Of a stretch of DNA of 64,000 nucleotides, positions 12,293-25,256 are shown piece after piece. The translations under genes and the position numbers were made by a program. The stretch's first letter is position 1. Every line of letters begins with the position of its first letter. The DNA comes from Scyliorhinus canicula (lineage: Eukaryota): assembly GCF_902713615.1 (NCBI RefSeq), contig NC_052162.1, positions 108,341,811 through 108,405,810 of the forward strand, in the 5' to 3' direction. Below the pieces are notes generated by a model. The model did not search any database. It saw nothing but the letters and a program-made list of their open reading frames with translations, and was not told the origin of the DNA.

Positions 12293-13512
12293 CCACAGGG
12301 AATAATATTGGTCTGTGAAGCTCAAATTCCCATGGGAAGATCTCGGTTGTCCTTTAAAAATCGACAAACACAAAATACCAGCATTTCAAGAGCGGAGAGT
12401 TTTCTGATGACTAAAATGCTGCAATAAGTCACAGTGATAATTAGGGACGAGGATATGGAACAATTTAGATACAGGAAAGAGCTTTCAAATTGAAGCATTG
12501 ACGAATGCAGTTCTGTTTAATTAATCGAACACAGGAGTGACGGGAGAAATATAACTTTGTGAGAATCAGTATGCATCAAACATGTTACGCACCAAGTTAA
12601 ACTTGCAGAGGACGGACGATGGTAGGAGGGTCAGGACGATGTAAGAATAATCAAGTCTACAGCAAATAAAGGAACGTAGAAGCATTTGATTAGCTAATGG
12701 GCTGAAAACGAAGAAGAGAGAAGTGATAGTGCAGAGCTGGAATTAGTCAGTCATGGTGACAGAGCGGATACGGAATTGTAAGCTCGGCTCAGGTTGAAGT
12801 AAGATTCCGAAATAGCAAACCCAGGTTACCCCTCTAATGTCGTCCAGAGATAAAGATTCAGTTGGGATCTGAGGCACGGGGTGTGTTGAAGAAGCTGAAA
12901 GCAATGGCGTTTTCCTTCTCCAATCTTCAATTGGAGAACATATGTGTTCACTCAATAATAGATTTCAGAGTCAGCTAGAGGATTGGGAAAGAGAGTACTG
13001 AGATTGAGGTGGCGGTCTTCTATGTAAATATAGAATATAATTTCTGATTTTTTTTCATAAGGGACCCCATATAGATGTGAAGTAGAAGTGGGAATAATGT
13101 CGTGCAGGGCTCTATTGGAAGCGCTGTTGGAGTGGAAAGAGACGTCATTGAAGAATTATTATTTTTAGCCATTGGTTCAGTGACAATGACTAATGACTAA
13201 TGATAGCCACTCGGTGTGCTGAATGTTTGATACACGAAGTAATGGTATGCTGAGCTTTCACCTTTATTCGTTCCCTTTAGCAGCAGACACATTAGCCAAA
13301 TGTCAACCACAGGAGCTCCAGAAACCCAGGATAACGTGTTGTGATATGCAGCTCCCCTAATGCGTGTGAAGATGTCGGCGAAGAAACGTCTTTGACTTGT
13401 GGAATGTCAGAATGTAAATATCACACACCTTTAAATGAAGTATTAACTCACTTCGCTCAGGCAACAAAACATAAAAACACAAATAGTAAACTGAAAATAT
13501 TTTCATTCTCCT

Positions 13513-13518
13513 TTTATT
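13513..13518 (-). terminator. Candidate polyadenylation signal of the secretory transcript
   Basis: AATAAA about 160 nt downstream of the vestigial tailpiece stop. Confidence 0.55.
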
Positions 13519-13673
13519 ATAATGTGCGATACCGCATTCAGAGTGAATCACAATTTTGTTTTCGTTCCATAGAGTCATTAAACCCTTCAAGGAATCAAAC
13601 AAAAGTTGTTCAAAATACTCTGGCCCGATCAAGCTGAACAAGTCGATCGGAAATAATTTTAAAATACTGCATG

Positions 13674-13706
13674 TTATATACAGGATATATAACAATGTAG
13701 GTTTAC
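13674..13706 (-). pseudogene. Disrupted secretory tailpiece remnant
   Basis: GGT AAA CCT ACA TTG TTA (GKPTLL) is followed by T ATA TCC TGT ATA TAA. The S-C-I-stop end lies in the +1 frame and the central N-x-S-containing part is absent. Confidence 0.8.
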
Positions 13707-14021
13707 CAAATGACTTATTAATACTTCTGATTAAATTTCTTTTGAGGGACGGGTGTCCCACTAAACAGGAGTAATTGTTGCCACTATTCCACTCGGCTGC
13801 AGTCACCCTCAATCTACTGGAAAGGGTTCCATTCCCCTTCCCACATTCCAGCTGACACGGGTAATCTGCATCCAAAAGGGTGTCATTGACCATCCAAGCG
13901 ACGTAAATCTCAGTCGGATAAAAGCCGATGGCTAGACACACCATTGTAGCTGTCTTCTCAGTGTCAATCTCGTCCATTGATGGAGGAAGAACGTAGACTT
14001 TAGGAGGATGCATTTCACCAA
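13707..14021 (-). CDS. IgNAR: IgNAR C5 exon (to the internal donor used for the membrane form)
   Basis: TTACAG| acceptor. Translation VGEMHPPKVYVLPPS...MVCLAIGFYP...YSCLVGHPSLKRNLIRSINKSF, then G|GTAAAC, the classical internal donor at the start of the GKP tailpiece. Confidence 0.96.
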
Positions 14022-14443
14022 CTGTAAAGAGAATACCATTAGTTAAACTGAGTCTGTTATTTGTCCAGTGTTAACATCATATATTTCTAGGTCAGTAATA
14101 ATGTGTTTTTGGAGACTGAGAGTTTTCTTCAAACTGCAAGATATTACACATAACCCTGCCTGTGCAGTCGTGTATATAATGTCATTTGTTTTGGGGATCA
14201 ATTTTGTCTGATCTCCAATTGCAAAATGTTGAGACAATCACTTATTTAAAAGGCACTGACGCTGTTGCAATGCAACAGTTTGAAAGTACTTAGATATTTA
14301 ACATTGGTCTTCGCCAGTTGGGAAAGGACGGAATCCCACGCGATAATGGAGTAATTTAATCTATACGTAATATAGAAATTGAATAAATATTTTAGGCGAT
14401 TGGTCGTCGATTCAGTGTCTGAACGTGTATCATCTGTGCTTAC

Positions 14444-14764
14444 CCTTTACTTTCCTGGCGGAGGTTTTCTCTGGTGTTGGTAATTCACTGTTTCCTACGA
14501 CGCAGACATATTCCACCCCGCTGTCCCACTCCGCCGCGGTGGCTTTCAGTTTGCTCACGATGATGGATTTACTTCCAATCCACTCCGGATTTCGAGTCTC
14601 CACTCCTTCCGTTCTCGCAGTACCATTCACTTGCCAGGACACGCTGACATTTTCTAAATCGGTGTAAAGGATTTCACAAACCATAGTCGCTGTCTGCTGT
14701 GTCCAAATCTCTTCAAACGAAGGATTCAATATTTTTACCGAAATGTCCAGCTCATGACAATCAC
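14444..14764 (-). CDS. IgNAR: IgNAR C4 exon
   Basis: TTCCAG| acceptor and G|GTAAGC donor, 321 nt. Translation GDCHELDISVKILNPSFEEIWTQQTATMVCEI...EWDSGVEYVC; retains the N-terminal extra Cys (GDC). Confidence 0.96.
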
Positions 14765-15484
14765 CTGGAAATAATAACAAATGGCTATTTGAAGCTGTCA
14801 TGGTTAAGTGAAGAATACCAATAACTGCACCAAGCCCAAAGAGATGTGAAAAAAAATTACTTACTGTAATGTGGTCTGAGTTCGCACAGCTTATCTGTGC
14901 TTAGCCAAAAAATGCTATGCTCTCCTGGTCTCGATGCTTTCATTCCTATGGCTTCTATGGATTGCGTCCTCAGTAATCATTCCAGACATGTACTTCATTA
15001 TTTAGGAATTGCTCTGGGTGATTTATAATGGAGAGTAATTGTCCCCGTGCTGTACATGCTCACTGTTCAGACTGACTATTGCGAGAATGACTGCCTCTTT
15101 GCCTGCCTGTGTCATTTTTCAATACTCTAACTATAAATGATTCTAAAAGTCTCCTCTGTAGCATTCAAAATTACGATCTGAATGAGTCTGCCAAAGAGGG
15201 GGAAGTTACCCGGTGCAGACTTGGATTTCGTAGCCTGATTTCAAGATTGATGTTTCTTCAAGGAAACTGAAAAAAACGACTAATTTCAGTAAAGTGAAAA
15301 CAGTTTGAACGGCGTGTTGTCATGAACCACTGTTAAACACTATAAAGAAAGGAGAACTACATAATTACGAGCCTATACTTGGTCCGTTGGAACGCAATGT
15401 TGACATTGGTAAGAGATAAATGATCTTCTACCTAACCGTACTGGAGCAAAGTTAAGGGAAAAACGAGCAATGAGCAGGCAAGTA

Positions 15485-16745
15485 GAGAAACACAGAACAT
15501 AGCAGCTATTCGACCCTTCGAACTACTGCACCATTCAAAATGGCCCTGGATAATTTTCTATCAAACCAGCGTATCTCAGCCCTCTTCCGAAATCCCTTGA
15601 GATATTTAGCGTCTAGAAATCTATCTATTTCCTGTTCAAATACATGACCTCTATAGCAGTTTGCGAAAGAGAATTCCATTGGTTCACCACCATATGAGTG
15701 AACACATTTCTCCCAATCTCAGTCGTCAATGGCCTCGGCAGTATCCTGAGTCTGTGGCCATTCGGTTTAGAACCCCGATCGGAGGAAACAACTTTTCCAT
15801 ATCAAGTTTGCCCAGCCTTGACAGAATGTTCCAAGTTTCAATGAGATCACCTCTTTCTTTTGAATTCCAATTAAAACAGGCGAAGTCAACTCACTCTCGG
15901 CTCATGCGAAACTCTTGCCAGGTCAAGAATCTCTGTTGAACATTGGCTGCACTCTCTGTGTGGCGAGTATATAATTTGTTAAATAAGGAGACGAACACTG
16001 GATACAATCCACCACATGTGGCCTCACCAAGGTCCTGTACAGCTGCAGTAAGGCCCCTTTACTCAATTCATCTTGCAATGAACGTCCACATAGCATCTGC
16101 CTTCTTAAAATGCATGCTGTTGACTGCATGCTTGTTTGCAGTATTTGGGATACAGGATCCCATTCAAGGCAGAAGTTCTCATCTATCGCTGTTGAAATAA
16201 TAGTCTATCAAGTTATTTCTCCATCTGCAGTGGATCACTTCACATTTCTCCACGTTATACTACATTTCCAATGCATTTGTCCAATTACTCAAATTGACCA
16301 GATAAACTTGAAGCCTCTTCACATCCTCCTCACCGTTCACATTCCGACCAAGTTTTGTGTTGTCAGCAAACTTGGAAATATTAAATTTAGTTCGCTGATC
16401 CAATTCGTGGTTGTATATTGTGATTAGCTGGGACACAAGCTTTGATCTCCGTCAGACACTGTGTGTCATTTGGAAAAATACCCATTTATTCATACGCTCT
16501 GTGCCTGCCTGCTACGTATATGTCCATACATGCCAATATATTACTTACCAACCCACGCACTTGAATTTTGCACACGAACCTCCTAGTTGAGAATTTATAA
16601 AGCTCTTTCTGAAAATCCAAATATACCACATCCAGTCGTTCGCCCTTAAACTTTTTACATCCTCGAAAAGCGTCACTTGGTTTGTCAAATATGAAAATCC
16701 TTTAATAAATCAATGCTGACGTTATCCAATTCCATTGATGTTTTC
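15485..16745 (-). mobile_element. Degenerate CR1 LINE 3' part
   Basis: LLQLYRTLVRPH remnant and 3' UTR-like end. Confidence 0.8.
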
Positions 16746-17164
16746 TAGTTGCACTGGCTTTGCATCCGTTATGAAAGTAAAGCATGTCTTCAGTATGTTA
16801 ACGTAAATATTCGCACTGCCAATAGGAGTCATTCCATTCATTCTCAACGACTTAAAGACTAATTAAATTAATTTTGCTTGTCGTTGTTCCCTCTAAAGCG
16901 TAATGTCATATAGTGAAAATTAGATTAACGACTTTTAAAATATTCGAAAATGCCATGTGAAAATGAAATGAAAATCGCTTATTATCACAAGTACGCTTCA
17001 AATGAAAAGCCCCTATTCGCCACATTCCGACGCCTGTTCGGGGAGGTTGGTACAGGAATTGAACTGAGTGGTGGACTGTCTTGGTCTGCTTTGAAAGCCA
17101 GCGATTAAGCCCTGTGCTAAACCAGCCCCATGTATCCTTAAATCTGAGTGCCATTAGAATGGAC

Positions 17165-17345
17165 GAAAGTAGCACAGCGGTTAGCACTATGGATTCACAG
17201 CGGCAGGGTCCCAGGTTCGGCTATGTCACTGTCTTGTGGAGTCTGCACGTTCTCCCCGTATCTGTCTAGGCTTCCTCCGATGCTCCGGTTTCCTCCCACT
17301 AGTCGCAAAAGATGTGCTGTTAGATAGTTTGGGCGTTCTAAATTC
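17165..17345 (+). mobile_element. V-SINE, degenerate
   Basis: tRNA head and core. Confidence 0.7.
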
Positions 17346-18329
17346 TCTCTCTGTGTGCCCGAACAAGCAACAGAATATGGCCACGAGGGGCTTTTCCCAG
17401 TAACTTCATTCAAATGTAAGACTACTTGTGACAATAAAGTTATTATTATTATTATTAAATGTCAATTGCACACGTCGGCTCGTTTGGTAAGTAGCCATAT
17501 TGCTAAATTTGTCAATTTCTCTCAAGTAATGTCAATGCTTCAAGGAGGAATGTTGCCGAAACTGTTGCTCGTATTGAGTGAAATAATTGTTCCTCCTTCC
17601 AAACTCTGATGAACATTTGTTTCTCCATTTGCATTCCTTTTTTGACCGAATCATTTCATTTCCTTCTCCAGTGGTAGATCTGAAGCTGCTCTTGTCAACT
17701 GGCAGAGCTGATTTTATATCTTCCATTGCACCTCCTCTCACACTAGTAGATGTGAACATGTTTCTTTCGACAGGCAGACTGCTTCCATCTCTGCCATCTC
17801 TGCCGTTACCTTTTCTTTCAAACTGAGTGCTGTGAATATGTAATTGTGCACTTCCAGCTCAAAATCACCGAGAGATCAGCAAGGAGGGGACAATACGTCG
17901 ATGTGAACAGACCACTTCAAACTAAAAGGTATTTAACAAAACTCACATATTCATAACGTACTTGTTTCAGTAAAGTACAATATTCGGAGATCGGCAAGCA
18001 ATGGGATTGTGACATGACTGATTAAAACAAATTAGAGCATCTCAAGGTTGAGCAAAACCACAGCTGCAACGTTGAGATATTTAGAAGTAGCCAAAGTCTG
18101 ACATTTCTGTGTATTCATGAGCTAAGTTTAAGGCTGAATTCTTCACGCCTGTGTCACTAATAAAATATATTTCAGAATCAGATTTTACATCTTTGTGAAG
18201 AGACATGAGAGGCTTGATGGTACAAAACAAAATACACCTTGTTATTTCTAACCCAGAACGGTTTAACTGCAGAAGCATAGATTGGGTATCCATTATTATT
18301 GATCCGACACAAAGCTAGCATCAACACTG

Positions 18330-19730
18330 TATACTTCAATGGATGCATCAGAGCCGCAACCAGCCCTATCCACAATACAAGTGCAAAGAGGGTTACTTGT
18401 ATACACGCAGGTTCGAGATTTTGCCAGGAAGGTGATACAAAGCTTCCTGGAGGAACCGGCCTCCACATTGCTGGAGGAGGTGCTGACGACAAGGGGACTG
18501 GAAAAGGGGGTAGTTCCAGTGGTGTACGGAGCTATTTTGGAAGAGGACAGGGCACCACTGGAAGGGATCAAAGCAAAGTGGGAGGAAGAGTTGGGAGAGG
18601 TTATAGAGGAGGGGGTCTGGTGTGAGGTGCTCCGGAATGTAAATACCTCCACCTCATGTGCGAGGTTGGGGCTGATACAGCTGAAACTGGCACACAGAGC
18701 ACACCTCATGTGGGCGAGGATGAGCCGATTCTTTGAAGGAGTAGAAGATGTGTGCGAGCGTTTCGGGGGAGGGGGGAGGGGCTAATGATGCTCATATATT
18801 TTGGTCTTGTCCAAAGCTAGAGGAGCACTCGAAGGAGGTTTTTAAGCGCAATTTCCACGGTGGTGCACGTGAAACTGGAGCCGGGGCCCCAGGAGCCAGG
18901 GTTAGAAACGAGTGCGGAAGCAGATATCGTAGCCTTCGCCTTGTTGATCGCCCGAAGTCGGATCCTGCTGGGATGGAGTGCAGCCTCTCCACCGTGCGCC
19001 CTGGCGTGGCGGGGCGGACCTGATGGAAGACTTGACGCTTGAGAAGGTTAAGTTTGAACTGAGGGGAAGGACGGAGGGGTTCACCAAGTCATGGACATTA
19101 TTCATTATGCACTTTCAAGAACTAGATAACATCGGACATTAGTTGGGAGGATGGGAGGGAGGGGGGAGGGGGGGCTGCATGTATTCAGGGTGACTATGGG
19201 TAATCCCTGATTCCGTTTTTTCATTTGTTTATGTAAAATGCGGGCTGATGTTTGGGGGTTGGTGGGAGGATGGGATCGGGAGCACGGTAGCATGGTGGTT
19301 AGCATAAATGCTTCACAGCTCCAGGGTCCCAGGTTCGATTCGCGGCTGGGTCACTGTCTGTGTGGAGTCTGCACGTCCTCCCCGTGTGTGCGTGGGTTTC
19401 CTCCGGGTGCTCCGGTTTCCTCCCACAGTCCAAAAATGTGCGGGTTAGGTGGATTGGCCATGCTAAATTGCCCGTAGTGTCCTAAAAAGTAAGTTTAGGG
19501 GGGGGGGGGAGTTGTTGGGTTACGGGTATAGAGTGGATACGTGGGTTTGAGTAGGGTGATCATGGCTCGGCACAACATCGAGGGCCGAAGGCCCTGTTCT
19601 GTGCTGTACTGTTCTATGTTCTATTGTTATGTGGATTGACATATTTGTTGCTGATTATTGTTTATTGTTGGTGGGTGCAAATTCGGGAGAGAATGTGAAA
19701 AAGGAGGAGAATAAAAATATGTTTTTAAAT
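18330..19730 (+). mobile_element. L1-clade LINE 3' end (ORF2 C-terminus and 3' UTR), interrupted by a V-SINE
   Basis: CARLGLIQLKL...HIFWSCPKL zinc-finger region and G-rich 3' UTR. Confidence 0.85.
19278..19623 (+). mobile_element. HE1-type V-SINE, young full-length copy
   Basis: Nearly identical to the 5310-5647 copy; inserted in the L1 3' UTR. Confidence 0.9.
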
Positions 19731-20244
19731 AGGGGATTACTACAACCTGGTCTCCTCAGAAAGGAATAGGAAACAAAATGGTTATCCGCAACATTTACAG
19801 TCAGGTTCAGTGTGCTATCTGAGAAAATCGCAGTTGAGGCCATGTCACCCAGCTTGAGGGCTTCCTTACAGTTCGCAATTCGAAAGCAGGAAATGTGCTC
19901 AGAAATCTCAGATACTCATGTATTGAGGGTCTGTGGCTACGTCAATGGCACTTTTCTCGTCACGAAGAAGAATCACTGTGGAGCCGAAACGTTAACGCTG
20001 TTGTATCTCACGATAGAAGCCACCACGCCGCCTCAATGTTTACAAAAATGTTTGTTTTTTCTTCAGATGTCCAGAAGTTGCAGTGTGTTATTTAACTGCA
20101 GTACTTTCTATCTTGCACATTCGCCCTGTCTCACTACTGTATGTTAAATGGTGCTCTCTTCCAGCACCTCCATTCGGCAGATTGTTGTACTTGCCATTTG
20201 AGACAAGTTCCATTTCATCATGATCAGAATCAGCACGAGTGGGT

Positions 20245-20430
20245 CAGCAATGTAGCGTAATGGCTAGTACTGCTGCCTTTGGACGCCAAGATTCGGGTTC
20301 GATCCCAACCCCAAGTAACGGTCCGTGTGGAGTTTGCACATCCTCCCTACGTTTGCATTGGTTACATCCCCACAACCCTAAAAGATGTGCTGGGTAGATG
20401 GATTAACCACGTTAAATTGCCCCTTAATTG
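20245..20430 (+). mobile_element. HE1-type V-SINE (partial)
   Basis: tRNA head and V-SINE core. Confidence 0.8.
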
Positions 20431-21148
20431 GAAAAAAATAATCGTTTATTCTAAATTTCGGAAAAATAAAGAGCAAGTGCGCAACAACTATTTGTTTTGA
20501 TGAAACCATGAGCGTTTTCTGCTTCATGGATCGAGAGTACGCAGGCCGATCATAAAGCCGTGAACACCACCAGGTGAGATCAAAGATCCAGAAGCAAAAC
20601 GAATCTAATATCATTCCATAACATGTTGAAACATATCTCGGTCCACAACACTGAATTACGAGTATAGTTTTGCGAAGCTATCAACATTTGTTTAAAACAA
20701 TGTGATCAGAAATGATTCGAAGAGCACACGAACGTATTTTTTGAAACAAAAGAGATTATTGGCTCAACCCCGAATCATGTTGTTTATCTGCACCTATGGC
20801 GTATTACAATGGCTGAGCTGAAGATTTTAATTCTTTAAATGCACATATTTGCTCAAATTCAACAGTTGCATCTCCTAATAACTGTTTGCTTTTTGAAATG
20901 TTTTGTTGTTTTCGGCAGACACGCCAAGTAATGACAGACTTAAACAACAATGTGTTGATTGGTGTCACCAACGGACATTGTCTTCTGCTGATAGAATACA
21001 GAGCAGTCTCTGTTCAGCTCCGTTGCTGTAAGTTTAAAACTATCTCGCAATCGCCCAGTCATCGTAATTACAAGTGATACAAAAAGTTATCATATATTCT
21101 GCACATCATTGAGTCCTCAGATGTCCGCCGAGTATTAATCATTTTATT

Positions 21149-21270
21149 GGGCTGGATTTTCCGGTTCCCAGCGACGCACCCTTCACTGGGGCAATGCCCT
21201 CTCACTTGTTCACTCCACCCTATGCCGCCCGGGAACTTGCGGGCGGAGGTGCGCTGCTCGCGGGAAAAAA
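21149..21270. mobile_element. Short GC-rich MITE-like fragment
   Basis: Starts GGGCTGGATTTTCCGG, the reverse complement of the end of the 44020-44189 copy (CCGGAAAATCCAACC). Confidence 0.5.
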
Positions 21271-21368
21271 AAGTAAACCTAAATGGACCTGATCACTGTT
21301 TGATGTTGCGTAAGGATTTAAGTGGAGAACGCATCTTGTATTAATGCACACTGAGAAGCTGTCCTTAC

Positions 21369-21686
21369 CTTTCGGGTAGCTGGTACTTCTCGTTTCATTA
21401 GATTGTGAGGGTAGATGAAAGGCGGTACAGGTGTATTTTGCTCCACTCTTCCATTCAATTGAAGGTAAAATGAGAAGGCTACTGGTGCTGAAGGTCTGGT
21501 GCTGTTCCAGAGAGCTGTGGAAGGTGGTGCTTTTCGAGGTCAAATCAACTCCGTTCTTCTCCCAGGAAATGGTTATTATGTCCGGGTAGAATCCTCTTAC
21601 CAAACATGTGAGAGTAGCAGTGTTGGAACTTCGAATTTCCTCTGGTGATGGAGGCAGAAGGCGAAGAATGGGTTTCGTTGGCTCGG
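21369..21686 (-). CDS. IgNAR: IgNAR C3 exon
   Basis: TTACAG| acceptor and G|GTAAGG donor, 318 nt. Translation AEPTKPILRLLPPSPEEIRSSNTATLTCLVRGFYPD...EWKSGAKYTCTAFH. The C2-C3 intron is only 72 bp. Confidence 0.96.
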
Positions 21687-21758
21687 CTGTAACAGAAGTT
21701 GAAAATGATTAGTCTTCCCCCATTGCCATTGGAAATACGGTGCTATGTTTTTACCCAC

Positions 21759-22061
21759 CTTTTATCTGTCCTGTCCGTTTTGATATTGGGGTCCCTGATT
21801 GACCCTGCTGTGCTGAACAGCTGTATTTAGCACCGCTATCCCATTCTTCCACGCTGCTTGTCAATCGGCTGATTGTCAGATATTGGTCTCCGTCAGTTGT
21901 AGTGGCTTCGGTTCGAACTCCTTCAGTCCTTGTCTGTCCATTCACTATCCAAACGATTGCAACTTCAGTTGAAAGTGTAGAAACCACTTCGCACATCAGA
22001 GTGGCAGATTTATTGAGCCACATTCCTTCAACTGAGGGGTCTCTTAGAAATAAAGCGAGTT
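21759..22061 (-). CDS. IgNAR: IgNAR C2 exon
   Basis: TGACAG| acceptor and G|GTGGGT donor, 303 nt. Translation ELALFLRDPSVEGMWLNKSATLMCEVV...YLTISRLTSSVEEWDSGAKYSC... Confidence 0.95.
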
Positions 22062-22137
22062 CTGTCAGAGAGAAACCAGAGATTCAGAATTAGGAAAATG
22101 TTTTAACAATAAACATATTGGGAATGATAGACAGATA

Positions 22138-22573
22138 NNNNNNNNNNNNNNNNNNNNNNNNNNNNNNNNNNNNNNNNNNNNNNNNNNNNNNNNNNNNNNN
22201 NNNNNNNNNNNNNNNNNNNNNNNNNNNNNNNNNNNNNNNNNNNNNNNNNNNNNNNNNNNNNNNNNNNNNNNNNNNNNNNNNNNNNNNNNNNNNNNNNNNN
22301 NNNNNNNNNNNNNNNNNNNNNNNNNNNNNNNNNNNNNNNNNNNNNNNNNNNNNNNNNNNNNNNNNNNNNNNNNNNNNNNNNNNNNNNNNNNNNNNNNNNN
22401 NNNNNNNNNNNNNNNNNNNNNNNNNNNNNNNNNNNNNNNNNNNNNNNNNNNNNNNNNNNNNNNNNNNNNNNNNNNNNNNNNNNNNNNNNNNNNNNNNNNN
22501 NNNNNNNNNNNNNNNNNNNNNNNNNNNNNNNNNNNNNNNNNNNNNNNNNNNNNNNNNNNNNNNNNNNNNNNNN
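22138..22573. other. Assembly gap (436 N) in the C1-C2 intron
   Basis: Run of n bases. Confidence 1.
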
Positions 22574-22879
22574 TAAATTCTATGAAATCTATAAAACATT
22601 TGTTTTACCCCTGGATCAACAATTTAAAGTGTTCCAATTAAATGGCCTTTCCAGATGGTTCATAGTCACTGTTCAGCGATTGTTGTGCTGGGCCTTAACT
22701 ATAATTTTCTGATATTCCAACCTGCACGAAGCGTTGCATAATATTTATGTTGTGCTTGCAGATGAACACCAATGAATCCAATATCTCTATAGCAACCGTT
22801 TCCAGTATTCTATAAATATTATATTATTTCCCAGACACATATCAGCTTTCAATGCCATTAATATGTCCAACACAAACTT

Positions 22880-25256
22880 AGAACATAGAACATTTACAGA
22901 GTAGTACATGCCCTTCGGCCCTCGATGTTGCGCCGACATGTGAAACCACTCTAAAGCCCATCTACACTATTCCCTTATAGTCCATATGTCTATCAAATTA
23001 CCATTTGAATGCCCTTAATGCAGGCAGGGCATTCGACGCCCTTACTACTCTCTGAGTAAAGAACCTACCTCTGACATCTGCCCTATATCTATCGCCCCTC
23101 AATTTAAAGCTGTGTCCCCTCGTCCTAGACATCACCATCCGAGGAAAAAGGCTCTCACTATCCACCCTATCTAATCCACTCATCATCTTGTATGCCTCAA
23201 TTAAGCCACCTCTTAAACTTATTCTCTTTAACGAAAACAGCCTCAAGTCCCTCAGCCTTCCATCATAAGATCTTCCCACCATACCAGGAAATATTCTGAT
23301 AAATCGCCTCTGCAGCCTTTCCAATGCTTCCACATCCTTCCTATAATGCGGCGACCAGAATTGCATGCAATACGCCAAATGCGGCCGCACCAGAGATTTG
23401 TACAGCTGCAACAAGACCTCATGACTCCGAAACTCAATCCCTCTACTAATAAAAGCTAACACACCGTACGCCTTCTTAACAACCCTCTCTACCTGGGTGG
23501 CAACTTTCAGGGATCTATGTACATGGACACTGAGATCTCTCTGATCATCCACACTACCAAGAAACTTACCATTAGCCCTGTACTCTGTCTTCCTGTTATT
23601 CCTTCCAAAATGGATCACCTCACACTTTTCTGCATTAAACTCCATTTGCCACCTCTCAGCCCAGCTCTGCAACTTATCTATGTCCCTCTGTAACTTGCAA
23701 CATCCTTCCGCACTGTCCACAACTCCATCGACTTTAGTGTCATCTGCAAGTTTACTCACCTATCTTTCTACGCCCTCCTCCAGGTTATTTATAATAATGA
23801 CAAACAGCAGTGGCCCCAAAAAAGATCTTCGTGGTACACCACAAGTAACTGGACTCCAGTCTGTACATTTCCCATCAACCACCACCCTTTGTCTTCTTCC
23901 AGCTAGCCAATTTCTGATCCAAACTGCTAAATCACCCGAAATCCCATGCCTCCGTATTTTCTCATAGCCTACCGTGGGGAACCTTATTAAACGCTTTACT
24001 GAACTCCATATACACCACAACAACTGTTGTACCCTCATCCACCTGTTTGGTCACCTTCTCAAAGAACTCAATAAGGTTTATGAGGCATGACCTACCCTTC
24101 ATAAACCGTGATGATTATCTCTAATCAAAGTATTCCTTTCCAGATGATTATGCATCCTATCTCTTGTAAACCTTTCCAAGACTTTGCCCACAACCTAAGT
24201 AAGGCTCACTGGTCTATAGTTACCGGGATTGTATCTACTCCCCGTCTTGAACACGGGGACAACATTTACCCTCTTCCAGTCTACTGGCACTATTCCTGTA
24301 GACAAAGACGACTTAAAGATCAAAGCCAAAGTCTCAGCAATCTCCTCCCAGGGCCTCGGCCCAGGTGACTTAATTATTTTGACACTTTTCAGAATTGCTA
24401 ACACCTCCTCCTTATGAACCTCAAGCCCATCTAGTCCAGTCGCCTTTATCTCAGTACTCCCCTCGACAACATTGTCTTTTTCCTGTCTGAATACGGATGG
24501 AAAATATGCATTTAGCATCTCTCTTATCTACTCGGACTCCACGCACAACTTCCCACTACTGTCCTTGACTGGCCCTACTCTTACACTAGTCATTCTTTTA
24601 TTCCTGACATATCAATAGAAAGCTTTAGGGTTATCCTTGATCCTACCTGCCAAAGACTTCTCATGTCCCCTCCTGGCTCTTCTTAGCTCTCTCTTTAGGT
24701 CCTTCCTAGCGAACTTGTAACTCTCAAGCGCCCTAACTGTACCTTCACGTCTCATCTTTAAATAAACCTCCTTCTTCCTCTTGACAAGTGTTTCAACTGC
24801 TTTAGTAATCAACTGTTTTCTCGCTCGACCACATCCTCCCTGCCTGACAGGTACATACTTATGAAGGACGCGCAGTAGCTGTTCCTGGAACAAGCTCCAC
24901 ATTTCCATTGTGCCCATCCCCTGCAGTTTTCCTTTCCATCCAATGCATCCTAAGTCTTGCCTCATCTTATCATAATTGCCTTTCCCCCAGATATAACTCT
25001 TGCCCTGCGATATATACCTATTCCTTTCCATCACTAAAGTCAACGTAATCCAATTGTGTTCACCATCACCAAAGTACTCACCTGCCTCCAAATCTAACAC
25101 CTGTCCTGGTTCATTACCCAGTACCAAATCCAATATGGCCTCGCCTCTCGTTGGCCTTTCTACGTACTGCTTCAGGAAACCCTCCTGCACACATTGGACA
25201 AAATCGGACCCATCTAAAGTACTCGAACTATAGCGTTTCCAGTCAATATTTGGAAA
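22880..25256 (-). mobile_element. 5'-truncated CR1 LINE (ORF2 RT and 3' UTR)
   Basis: LADDTK RT motif, GVPRRSFLGP, YRPVSLT and a (TTCTA)-type tail. Confidence 0.93.

Noticed and set aside
13357-14013. 218-aa ORF as a separate gene
   Set aside because: It is the C5 exon plus read-through caused by the tailpiece frameshift.
22090-22599. Long ORFs of X residues
   Set aside because: Artefacts of the N gap.
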